From Pecten maximus (taxonomy: Eukaryota), in NCBI RefSeq assembly GCF_902652985.1, contig NC_047022.1, positions 15,252,001 to 15,316,000 of the forward strand: a stretch of 64,000 nucleotides of DNA. The letters run 5' to 3'. A program made the translations under genes and the position numbers. This document shows positions 52,763-64,000 of the stretch, one piece after another. Every line of letters begins with the position of its first letter. Within the stretch, counting starts at the first letter, position 1. The notes beneath the pieces are model-generated. The model searched no databases, had not been told where the DNA came from, and saw only the letters and a program-made list of their open reading frames with translations.

Positions 52763-55700
52763 TCTCACTCTCGTGTCCGTAAACACAACTCCAACTCACT
52801 CTCGTGTCCTTATACACAAATCCATCTCACTCTCGTGTCCGTATACACAACTCCATCTCACTCTCCTGTCCCTATACACAACTCCAACTCACTCTCGTGT
52901 CCATATACACAACTCCATCTAACTCTCGTGTCCGTATACACAACTCCATCTCACTCTCGTGTCCGTATACACAACTCCATCTCACTCTCGTGTCCGTATA
53001 CATAACTCCATCTCACTTTCCTGTCTGTATACACAACTCCATCTCAATCTCATGTCCCTATACACAACTCCATCTCAATCTCATGTCCCTATACACAACT
53101 CCAACCCACTCTGATGTCCGTATACACAACTCTATCTCACTCTCGTGTCCGTGTACACAACTCCGTCGCACTCTCGTGTCCCTATACACAACTCCATCTC
53201 ACTCTCGTGTCCATATCCACAACTCCAACTCACTCTTATGTCCCTATACACAACTCCGTCGCACTCTCGTGTCCCTATACACAACTCCATCTCACTCTCC
53301 TGTCCGTATACACAACTCCATCTCACTCTCCTGTCCGTATACACAACTCCATCCCACTCTCCTGTCCGTATACCCAACTCCATCCCACTCTCCTGTCCGT
53401 ATACACAACTCCAACTCACTCTCATGTCCGTATACACAACTCCATCTCACTCTCCTGTCCGTATACACAACTCCATCTCACTCTCATGTCCCTATACACA
53501 ACTCCATCTCACTCTCGTGTCCCTATACACAACTCCAACTCAATCTTATGTCCCTATACACAACTCCATCTCACTCTCATGCCCGTATACACAACTCCAA
53601 CTCACTCTGATGTCCGTATACACAACTCCATCTCACTCTCCTGTCCGTATACACAACTCCATCTCACTCTCGTGTCCCTATACACAACTCCAACTCAATC
53701 TCATGTCCGTATACACAACTCCATCTCAATCTCATGTCCGTATACACAACTCCATCTCACTCTCCTGTCCGTATACACAACTCCAACTCACTCTCGTGTC
53801 CCTATACACAACTCCAACCAAATCTCATGTCCCTATACACAACTCCATCTCACTCTCATGCTCGTATACACAACTCCAACTCACTCTGATGTCCGTATAC
53901 ACAACTCCATCTCACTCTCATGTCCGTATACACAACTCCATCTCACTCTCATGTCCCTATACACAACTCCATCTCACTCTCCTGTCCGTATACACAACTC
54001 CATCTCACTCTCCTGTCCGTATACACAACTCCAACCCACTCCGTATACACAACTCCATCTCAATCTCATGTCCCTATACACAACTCCATCTCACTCTCCT
54101 GTCCGTATACATAACTCCAACCCACTCCGTATACACAACTCCATCTCAATCTCGTGTCCCTATACACAACTCCATCTCAATCTCATGTCCCTATACACAA
54201 CTCCATCTAACTCTCGTGTCCCTATACACAACTCCATCTCAATCTCATGTCCCTATACACAACTCCATCTCAATCTCGTGTCCCTATACACAACTCCATC
54301 TCAATCTCATGTCCCTATACACAACTCCATCTAACTCTCGTGTCCCTATACACAACTCCATCTAACTCTCGTGTCCGTATACACAACTCAATCTAACTCT
54401 CCTGTCCCTATACACAACTCCATCTCAAGCTCATGTCCCTATACACAACTCCAACCCACTCTGATGTCCGTATACACAACTCCATCTAACTCTCGTGTCC
54501 CTATACACAACGCTATCTAACTCTCATGCCCGTATACACAACTCCAACTCACTCTCGTGTCCCTATACACAACTCCATCTCAATTTCATGTCCCTATACA
54601 CAACTCCTTCTCACTCTCGTGTCCCTATACACAACTCCGTCTCACTCTCCTGTCCCTATACACAACTCCATCTAACTCTCCTGTCCGTATACACAACTCC
54701 AACTCACTCTCATGTCCCTATACACAACTCCATCTAACTCTCATGTCCGTATACACAACTCCAACTCACTCTCATGTCCCTATACACAACTCCATCTAAC
54801 TCTCATGCCCGTATACACAACTCCATCTCACTCTCATGTCCGTATACACAACTCCATCTAACTCTCATGTCCCTATACACAACTCCGTCTCACTCTCGTG
54901 TCCCTATACACAACTCCGTCTCACTCTCCTGTCCCTATACACAACTCCAACTCACTCTCATGTCCCTATACACAACTCCAACTCACTCTCATGTCCCTAT
55001 ACACAACTCCAACTCACTCCCGTGTCCCTATACACAACTCCATCTCACTCTCATGTCCCTATACACAACTCCAACCCACTCCCGTGTCCCTATACACAAC
55101 TCCATCTCACTCTCATGTCCCTATACACAACTCCAACTCACTCCCGTGTCCCTATACATAACTCCATCTCACTCTCGTGTCCCTATACACAACTCCAACC
55201 CACTCTCGTGTCCCTATACACAACTCCAACCCACTCTCGTGTCCCTATACACAACTCCAACCCACTCCCGTGTCCCTATACACAACTCCAACTCACTCTC
55301 GTGTCCATATACACAACTCCAACCCACTCTCGTGTCCCTATACACAACTCCAACCCACTCTCGTGTCCCTATACACAACTCCAACCCACTCCCGTGTCCC
55401 TATACACAACTCCAACTCACTCTCGTGTCCCTATACATAACTCCAACTCACTCTCGTGTCCATATACACAACTCCAACTCACTCCCGTGTCCCTATACAC
55501 AACTCCAACTCACTCTCGTGTCCATATACACAACTCCAACTCACTCCCGTGTCCCTATACACAACTCCGTCTCACTCTCGTGTCCCTATACTCAACTCCA
55601 ACTCACTCTCGTGTCCATATACACAACTCCAACTCACTCTTGGTCCCTATACACAACTCCAACTCACTCTCCTGTCCATATACACAACTCCAACTCACTC

Positions 55701-55926
55701 TCGTGTCAGTATACACAACTCCAACTCGATCTCGTGTCCGTATATACACAACTCCAACCCACTCTCCTGTCCGTATAGGGACACGGGAGTATGATGGAGT
55801 TGTATATAGGGACACGAGAGTGAGTTGGAGTTGTGTATAGGGACACGGGAGTAAGTTGGAGTTGTGTATATGGACACGAGAGTGAGTTGGAGTTGTGTAT
55901 AGGGACACGGGAGTGAGACGGAGTTA
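52763..55926. repeat. 31-bp satellite, ~100 copies; terminal ~5 units inverted
   Basis: Unit TCCATCTCACTCTCGTGTCCCTATACACAAC to ~55775, then the reverse complement (TATAGGGACACGAGAGTGAGTTGGAGTTGTG) to ~55926. Confidence 0.95.
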
Positions 55927-56277
55927 CATGTGACATTATAGGGACACCCGAGTTCTATGCCTTGTTTGTAGATTGCCTGTAGCTCTCTGTTGAATCGTCA
56001 CGCACACTCGTAAAGTATCTCAACTCCTTAGGACGAATGGTGTTAATATTGGCACGCTGACTCGCTATGGTACGTTTGGGTAATGAGAAAGTGATATCCA
56101 TCAGAGATACCATTGACCGCCTGTCTTATGAAAGTATGATCAGACTTATAGCAGTTCTCCATGAGGATAAAACACGCCAGCCTATCCGTGTGTGTAAATA
56201 GATTAATATTTAGTACACAAGATTAAGACAGGGGATCATTACGATGGCCGATATCAGCCGTCACGTTACTCGCATTT

Positions 56278-56598
56278 ATGTGATGCGAGTAACCTGACAT
56301 AGTAAAAATCACATGACATGTTACTAGCATGTGATGCGAGTAACCTGACATAGTAAAAATCACATGACAGGTTACTAGCATGTGATGCGAGTAACCTGAC
56401 ATAGTAAAAGCACATGACATGTTACTAGCATGTGATGCGAGTAACATGACATAGTAAAAATAACATGACAGGTTACTAGCATGTGATGCGAGTAACATGA
56501 CATAGTAAAAATCACATGACAGGTTACTAGCATGTGATGCGAGTAACCTGACATAGTAAAAATCACATGACAGGTTACTAGCATGTGATGCGAGTAAC
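56278..56598. repeat. 51-bp minisatellite, ~6 copies, internally palindromic
   Basis: Unit ATGTGATGCGAGTAACCTGACATAGTAAAAATCACATGACAGGTTACTAGC, containing AGTAACCTG...CAGGTTACT. Confidence 0.9.
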
Positions 56599-57184
56599 TG
56601 TACACAGTCGCGAATGAGATGACTGTACACTTACAAAACCCATTAACATTCCAGAGTATCGTTTTACTAGACCTTTCAAAAGAGGTTATCATGGCGACTG
56701 TAGAAAATGGTTTTATAAGCCAAGGTGTGGCATGTATATACAATGGAGCTCGTGTAGTCTTGTCAATTCATTATTTGACCACAGACTAATTGCAACAGAT
56801 TATTAAAAAAAATCCTGTAGATTGGTATATTTATGTGATAGAAAGAAATGCCCTCAAATCTAAATTGGGGGAAATGGTTTTATTCACCAAATAGAATTGA
56901 GGAAATAAGAGAAATTGACCAATATTATACTCTTGAGTGACATTGGACGAGAGATTTTGTATGCAACACAAATAGACTAAAATAGTCAATTGGAACCATA
57001 TGTACTATACTGCACAAAGCCACGAACTGGATGGCAGAACAGTTGCAAAACCCATTAACATTTCAGAGTATAGTTTTACTTGATCTTTCAAAAGAGGTTA
57101 TCATGACGACGGTCAGATATCTACGCAATTTTGTTTTATCCTGATTAAACCGGTTTTATAGCTAAGGTGTGGCATGCAGTTACA

Positions 57185-57909
57185 ATGGATCTCCTGGAGG
57201 AATGCGTAACTTGTGAGTATTAATTATTGTTGCTGATTTGGTTATATTTGCCAAACATTTGGTTTATGTAACTTTTGAAAGACAAAAATCAAAATTTTAC
57301 AATGACATGATGTTGAAGTTACATTTCTGGTATATTGCAATCATTATGCTTTATTGAATTTATTCAACAGTGAATGATGGTTTGGTTATCCTAGCGACAA
57401 AGAACTATCCTTACAAAGACATGTCAGGATTGATTTACAAACAATATGGACAGTATTTAAGGTAAATTTAAGTGTATAACTTTTGATAGTAATTCATCAA
57501 TATATTTCTGACGGATAATAAGAAAAACTTTGAACTGTGTAGAGAAAGTTTGCATCCAGTATAACCCAACTCTTATTACGTAAGGTGTATATGTATATCC
57601 AGATTGTTATTAAAATACATTATAGTTTATACAATAAGAGTTGTGCATACAAATTTGAAATAATGTCAATACTCTTGGATGTATTAGGGCCTTTTATAAT
57701 ATTCATGTCCCTCTAACAGGAAGTCACTATGTATTGTTTGACAACAATGTTTTACACCAACCTGGTTTTGATGAATACATAATGTCGGTAACTAACAAAA
57801 TGAACATTTTTGAAAGGAAATGTTTGTGTATCAGATACTTCATATAAATAGTCTGTTTTCTTTCAATTTATACATGTAAGTCCCCACACGCAGTGTTCTG
57901 GTGTAATTC

Positions 57910-57940
<31 letters not shown>

Positions 57941-57952
57941 TGAGTGTGAGTG

Positions 57953-57988
<36 letters not shown>

Positions 57989-60900
57989 ACAGAGTGGAGG
58001 GGGTTATAGTTCCTCTCCAACTGTGTACATAGGCTTCATTCCTGAATTGTTTATATTAAATTTTACATCAGAGCAATGTCACCGTAATATGTTTTAGATT
58101 TCATAATTGATAATACGTCACAATGTCAGCATTAATCAGTTGCTTCATTTTATTTTTGGAAAGTATCAGCAGAGTGCTGAATCTTTATAGAATACTGTGA
58201 ATATTAACCTCCATGGGTGAAGAGGGGGACAATAGCTAGGGTCATACATTGTTTGTTTGTTGTCTCTTCTAGTCCAAATGCCATCGGCAAACGACTAAAA
58301 CGTCTAGGAATATTGCCCAGGAAAGGAATTACTTTACATAGCGAGGATGACATTAAACACACTATTCAGGTTAGTAACAAGACTAGCTATCACTGTATTG
58401 TCACGGAAATGATGTTTTGATCGCTGAGGTTCATGATCAAATATGGTGTATCGACTTAACTGGAAATATGATTGGCTATGACGATTGCATAATTCCAGTT
58501 GATATGGAATCAAGTCAATATTAATAACATATAATAAAGTAAAAACACGGAAATAATTTAGTAGAAAATATTGCGTTTGCTTCAAAGACTTCAAATCTTT
58601 TGTCGTTATGTGACCACGAGATTCGTTTAATGTACATGAAAGGGTCGAACACGTCTGCTTGCTGTTCTCTGTAATCTTCAAAAGACAGGCGTCCGAGCCT
58701 AGTGATTGGTCAGTTTTTTCACCTGAGCAAGCCGTCATTTTCGCTATGAAATGTTCCAGGGGTGAAGAGAGCATAAGTACTCGTAATCCCTGGATGTTGG
58801 CACTGTTGCAGCGTTATAGACAAGTTTATATCTTAATTATGTGTTAGCAATATTACAGGTTATTTTACATGATTTGCCGGAGACTGTTGGCTACAGGAGC
58901 ATGACCAATATACTCTGTCGGAAAGGAATGCACGTGAGAAGGTGTGTATACAGAATTATTATGAGCTGAATTGTTTGTATGAAAAGTCATTTCGATTTCC
59001 CATGAATGAGCGAAATGAGAAAACATTATTATGCTTTACCTTTTGAAACTTTCGTTCTAACACCCTCTCCAGAATGTGACTGAGTGAAAGCTTTTATAAC
59101 TCTCTTGACAATGGCAACACATGTGCGCAAGCTGGTTGATAAGCTTTAATAGGATATATCTAAATTAGTCTTCCAAACAATGGTAGAACTATTCAGCGAC
59201 ATTATAGTGACCATTCGGTGCATTGAAATCGATGGATGTGTTTTTACTACTTAATAGAAATAGGGTTGATTGGATGCAAAATGCAAAAACATAATTTTGC
59301 TTACTTTTTTAAATAAAAAATTCCTACGTTCACACACTCAAACCTTTTAAATTGTTCCTGTGTTTCCATCTTGTCACGTTGATGTTGGTTTGCCGAATGT
59401 GTGTTCTTGTGTATGCTTCCTCTTGTATTCCAGGGACATTGTCATGAAAGCAATGAGGGAAGTCGATCCGGATGGAACTGAACACCGACGGAGACGTAGG
59501 ATTCAAAGAAGAGTGTACAGATCCATTGGGCCAAATCACACTTGGCATGTTGATGGGTAAATACTGGATAATCGTATATGATTTCAGATTATGTCCCAAA
59601 GTTCTGTAGCCGACACGGTGTCGTATTACTTTATATTATAGAAGTATTCCCTCGAAAATGTTGCTATTGCTAAGTATTGATATTTTGAAACATTATAATT
59701 TATCATGATCATAGTGCCGTAAAATATCAGTCCACAATAAATGTTCAAAAAAGTACTTTCAATGTCAACATCGGGTACATACATTACGGTACTAAAGACT
59801 GACTAAACATATCATGCACAGTTGCCTTATCAAATCTGAAAGGATCTTTCATTTCGTACTATAAGTAAAGTTGATCAGTGTAATTTATAAAATGTAATGA
59901 TGTGTCAGATTTTAAGATTTGGTTACATTTTATTTAAAAAACATGATATTATGTCGTTTATTCAACATAATATAATGTCTTTTATTCGACATAATATTAT
60001 TTCGTTTAAACGAAATGATGTCATTGATTCAACATAAACTTATGTTATTCGACATACTATTTTTCTTGACTTGGTCCACTTGGGCTTCCGTAGGATTAAA
60101 TTGTTGCAGTTTGGGCAATATAATCCGATTAGTATAAACCCATATGAATCTAGCTAGAATATAAATATTAAATATTTCATGAAATCATGTTATTTATTAG
60201 AGTAAACATAACTCATCATTTTATAAGGATCCGTTGTAAAATACTGTATGACCATTAGAAGTATTTAGTGATTAAAGTGATCATATGAATCGAACTGAAA
60301 TTAGACTATTTGTATTTTACTTTTTAGGTATGACAAAATGAAGCCTTTCGGTTTTGCAATCCACGGATGCATAGACGGGTAAGTAAGTAGTTAATCATAT
60401 TTGAAATACTTACTATGTTCCTGAAACAATTGGTACAGAGCAGTCTACAACATTTCGACAAAGATAATCATAATTGTCTGTGTTTATCGTTTCACCAACT
60501 GCTAAAAGTATACTACATATATTTTCATTTTTTGTTGATCAACATACATGCAAGCTCATACAGAAAGGAAAATATAACATTAGTCTAAACACGCTTCAAC
60601 GTCAGTGTAGATCTAGGATGTAAGGCAGAAATATAAATGTAGTATGGGTAAATACAAGCAGAGAACAGTCATCTGTTGACAGTTGATCAATGCGATCTCC
60701 AACGTAACAATTATGACGTCCCAATGGTCAAATGTGTGTTATACGAAAACTTGAAGCAAACATTTGACCCAGAAGTTTCATCTAGGCACTGTTAAATAAG
60801 TAAACGTATATGAATGATTTATTACACATTTACTACAATTTACAAATACATACTTTTGTTCTGTAGATACTCCAGAAAGGTCATGTGGTTGACAGTAGGA

Positions 60901-63323
60901 CCGTCTAATAATGATCCAAGGATTGTCGCAACAAATTTTGTCCAGTGTGTAAACAGAGTGAAAGGTAGAACGATATATGCATGTTCAAATACCCCTTAAT
61001 GAAAGTCTTATCTTGATTACCATTAAACGAAAACATTTACTAGACAGTGTAGCTTTCTTTGATAACTGATAGTCATTTTATCTTTTTATGTGAGGGTTTT
61101 AAGTACCTCTCACGAGGCTACAATGACAGCCTTTTACGTCTTACATCACCACAACCACCGACATACAATTATCTTAATAATGCTGGTGCTATACATGGTC
61201 ACCTGTCATACTATCAGCACTTAAATCAGGGTCGACATTTGAATAGCACATGGCGTGAGGGTTGGATGAAAATATTTACATTTACGCTGCATTGTCACTA
61301 TATGAACCAACCAAAATCTGATTCTTTTCATCAGATCAAGAACCGAAACGAGTAACATTACAAGCGTGTGCTGAAGGTTAACAAACAATGCAGGTGTCAC
61401 GCCGAATTACCGTTTTGTACGAGAAGATGTAGAAAGTATCTTAATTAGATAATCTCGTTCACTTTGCCGACTTTTATAGCTTTAGCCGGCAAAATTAAGT
61501 CAACATTTGTATTCACGAATCGAAAATATAAGCATCGTCAATACAAGTAGTAAGTTTTAATCATTCACTAATCACCGTTGATGGAAAAGAATCACGCAGA
61601 AGGGTTTGTTCCGTTAACTTACATTCCATAGCTTCTTCATTTAAGCATTAAATTGCATTCTGTTTCGATTGATAGGCATATGAACGCACACTGCATTACA
61701 GAAAAATAGCGCGGTTCATTCTATTTTTCCATTCGTGTCTAATTAAATGTTGTTTCACATAACATAAAATTGTTGCGTCCAGATGAACTGAGACTACCCA
61801 TTTATAGATTGAACTCATATTTCGGTCGTGGTAGGTAATAAGCAATAGCTATCAAAATATATACATGTAGTAGGTCCATTTCAAGTCATTCTAAACACAT
61901 ACACATTTTTTCATAATTCAAGTTTCTTACTTTGTTTATTGCGTTCTGCAAACACGATACACATGGTTTTCTTTGTTTAGGATGTCCAATTGTATTGCAA
62001 ACTGATCCTGGGACGGAAAATGTTATTATGGGAGGAATACAGTGTGTTTTCAGACATGAGGCAGATGACTGTTTTTCTGGTATCAATTCTTTCCGTGTTT
62101 CGCGGTCTGTATTCAACCAGGTAAGTTTCTGCTACTGGTAAATTTCAAGAACATAATACCAAAGCACTAATTAGATCTCCGCACACAAGTGCGGGTGCCC
62201 TATAATTACCGTTTCCGTCCGTCCATCCGTCCGTCTGTCTATCTGTCTGTTCGTCAGCACATTTGTTTCGGATAAATATTATTTGTTTGTTTGATTTTCC
62301 CTGAGTCGATCCAACTTAAACCTCCCCTTCCCTTATTGAGATTTTTTGCTCGATATTGCTTTCAGGGACAGGGTAAGAATGCAAAGGTCGAGGTCACAGT
62401 AATTATAGATAAAGTATCAGTTTTCATTTAATATCTAGATTTTCCGAAATTAAAACCTTATAACATGCTTCCTGATTGTAAGCGCCTGCTTGAGATTGAT
62501 TTTCATCAGCGAAGGTCAACGATCCAGGTCATTGTTATAAAATGTAGGAAATCAATTTCAATGCAATCTAACTAAGACATCTTTCTGTACTACCTTACTG
62601 AAAACATTTTCTTAGAATCGATTAATAATTTTAAATGTCAAATGTCAAGATCAGTGAATAAAAATAGAAAATCAGTTATCATGCATTAAATTCTGTTTGC
62701 TTTTGACAATCAAACTGAAACTTCTGTCAAAATGTATCGGTATTTATATTTTTGTTTTTACGTTAAACAAGAAAATATTTTATAAATGATAAACATAATC
62801 AACCAATATCTTCACCAGGAATGTGAGTGTCTATATATATAGGAAGGGGACTTCCAGTCCCACTGCGGGGCCCTCACTGACATGTTGGTATTCTAGTTAC
62901 ATATAGTGTGTAACAGAATGAAATAGGGTATTAGTTCTATGCACTCACGCACACATCTATATTGAATGATGATTTTCTTTGTGTCGTAACTATACAATAT
63001 ACTCGTTATTAAGAATTCCATGACTACATGTATGATTGTAATTATCAATGTGAAAAGAGTAATATAACACACAAAATTATTCATGTGTATTAACGGTATC
63101 ATAGCAAAGTAAACAAGCTATATACTGTAGCAATGTGATACACAATAGTGTGATGGGATATGTTTTCGCAACAAGATTTAGAGTTGATATAAGACAATGC
63201 TTAAATTTAGAGGATAGAAGCATGGTGGAGTATGTTGAGGCGGCGCCAAACTCATTCATGGATCGCTATGCTGAAGGACTTCGAGGCATTGGGCAACTTT
63301 CACCGGGGAAATGTCAATGAAAT
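57185..63323 (+). CDS. Spliced DDE integrase-core/transposase gene (IS3/IS481-type, IS3EU-like); continues past the last traceable exon
   Basis: Exons 57185-57212, 57371-57461, 58273-58369, 58859-58941, 59434-59556, 60328-60378, 60867-60964, 61981-62120, 63211-63323; all GT-AG, phase-compatible, no stops (~274 aa so far). Motifs: KRLKRLG (HTH-like), GYRSM, VDPDG..RRRRRIQRRVY..GPNHTWHVDGYDK..FAIHGCIDGYSRK, QTDPGTEN, SVFNQRIEAWW, giving a D-D-E triad. Confidence 0.85.
57910..57984. repeat. (GT)n microsatellite
   Basis: Interrupted GT dinucleotide run. Confidence 0.95.
62171..62898. mobile_element. Non-autonomous Helentron-like element in an intron of the transposase gene
   Basis: Terminal hairpin CCGCAC...GTGCGG; (CCGT)n 62215-62235; AAGGTCA-type internal repeats; ends TTCTAGTT. 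Confidence 0.6.
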
Positions 63324-63336
63324 GTATGTTTACATT

Positions 63337-63761
63337 CAATCTGATTAAAATCTAGATAGCCATTCTCACTACGTTACATGAACATCTAACAACACCCCAT
63401 AAGGGGTCACGTCAGGGTAACCTTTTGGATTAGCCAATCAAATGACTACTTCCAGAATCCTGGAAGTGAATTTTATATGTCCGAATTAGCATGACTAGCG
63501 TGCATAGCTTGTATAATCTGACAATTTGTTTCAAGTCATTTCGTCTCATATAGTATATAGCTATATACTGTGCCGAAATGGTTTGCTTCAGATGCATGTT
63601 GTGACGAAATGTTTTGCTTCGATGACATCGACAAAATGCCAATTCGCCCTGAAAGTGAAATACACACATCTCAGAGGTCATCCGATCGTGACCCCTTATG
63701 GGATGCTGTTAGATGTTCATGTAACGTAGTGAGAATGACCATCTAGATTTTAATTAGATTG
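63337..63761. mobile_element. Mutator-like MITE with 9-bp TSD
   Basis: ~75-bp TIR (CAATCTGATTAAAATCTAGATAGCCATTCTCACTACG... and its reverse complement); perfect TSD GTTTACATT (63328-36 and 63762-70). Confidence 0.85.
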
Positions 63762-64000
63762 GTTTACATTGATTTTAATTATTCAACAAAACGATAATAT
63801 TACATAATACTATTTAGTATATTCATTAGAAGTTAATATCAACATGTTTGATGAAATATGAGAAAAGAAATTATATGAAGTATAAATTGGTTTTTGAAAT
63901 TAGATGTGAGAGAAGTTAAATTGAAGTGTCTTAAATGAATTATGACACCTGTAATCGCCAGCATATGGTTAAACAAGAAAAACCACCTCTTTTTAACAGA

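Noticed and set aside
51467-55936. Long ORFs (up to 406 aa) on both strands
   Set aside because: They are translations of the 39-bp and 31-bp tandem units, open in several frames at once, with no splice or domain support.
46446-56600. CRISPR-like arrays
   Set aside because: Units are head-to-tail with no unique spacers, there are no cas genes, and the context is eukaryotic.
63135-63320. 61-aa ORF in the ORF track
   Set aside because: Wrong frame; the transposase exon 63211-63323 reads RIEAWWSML in another frame.

Overview
AT-rich, intron-rich animal genomic DNA; the repeat content suggests a mollusc, probably a bivalve (inference). Manual exon tracing gives two head-to-head gene pairs arranged tail-to-tail. 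The first pair is a SLC25A1-like citrate carrier (first coding exon only, minus, 10571-10682) and TEKT1 (plus, 11626-15108). The second is CDC45 (minus, 19275-37831) and UFD1 (plus, 38029-48379). A fifth gene is a spliced DDE integrase/transposase of IS3/IS481 type (IS3EU-like; 57185 to beyond 63323), with an intact frame over 9 exons, running off the window. Notable structures: a tandem duplication of CDC45 exons 8-9 that frameshifts if both copies are included; a duplicated poison splice acceptor in CDC45; a U12-type intron in UFD1; a miniature LTR element whose LTRs contain a tRNA-like sequence (Helenus-type TRIM); a three-level nest (foldback MITE > solo LTR > CAGGG MITE) flanked by a ~75-bp direct repeat; and a dense cluster of unrelated minisatellites at 46.4-56.6 kb, one of which reverses orientation. 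The long ORFs at 51-56 kb are artefacts of these repeats. All family calls are by motif recognition; no database searches were run.
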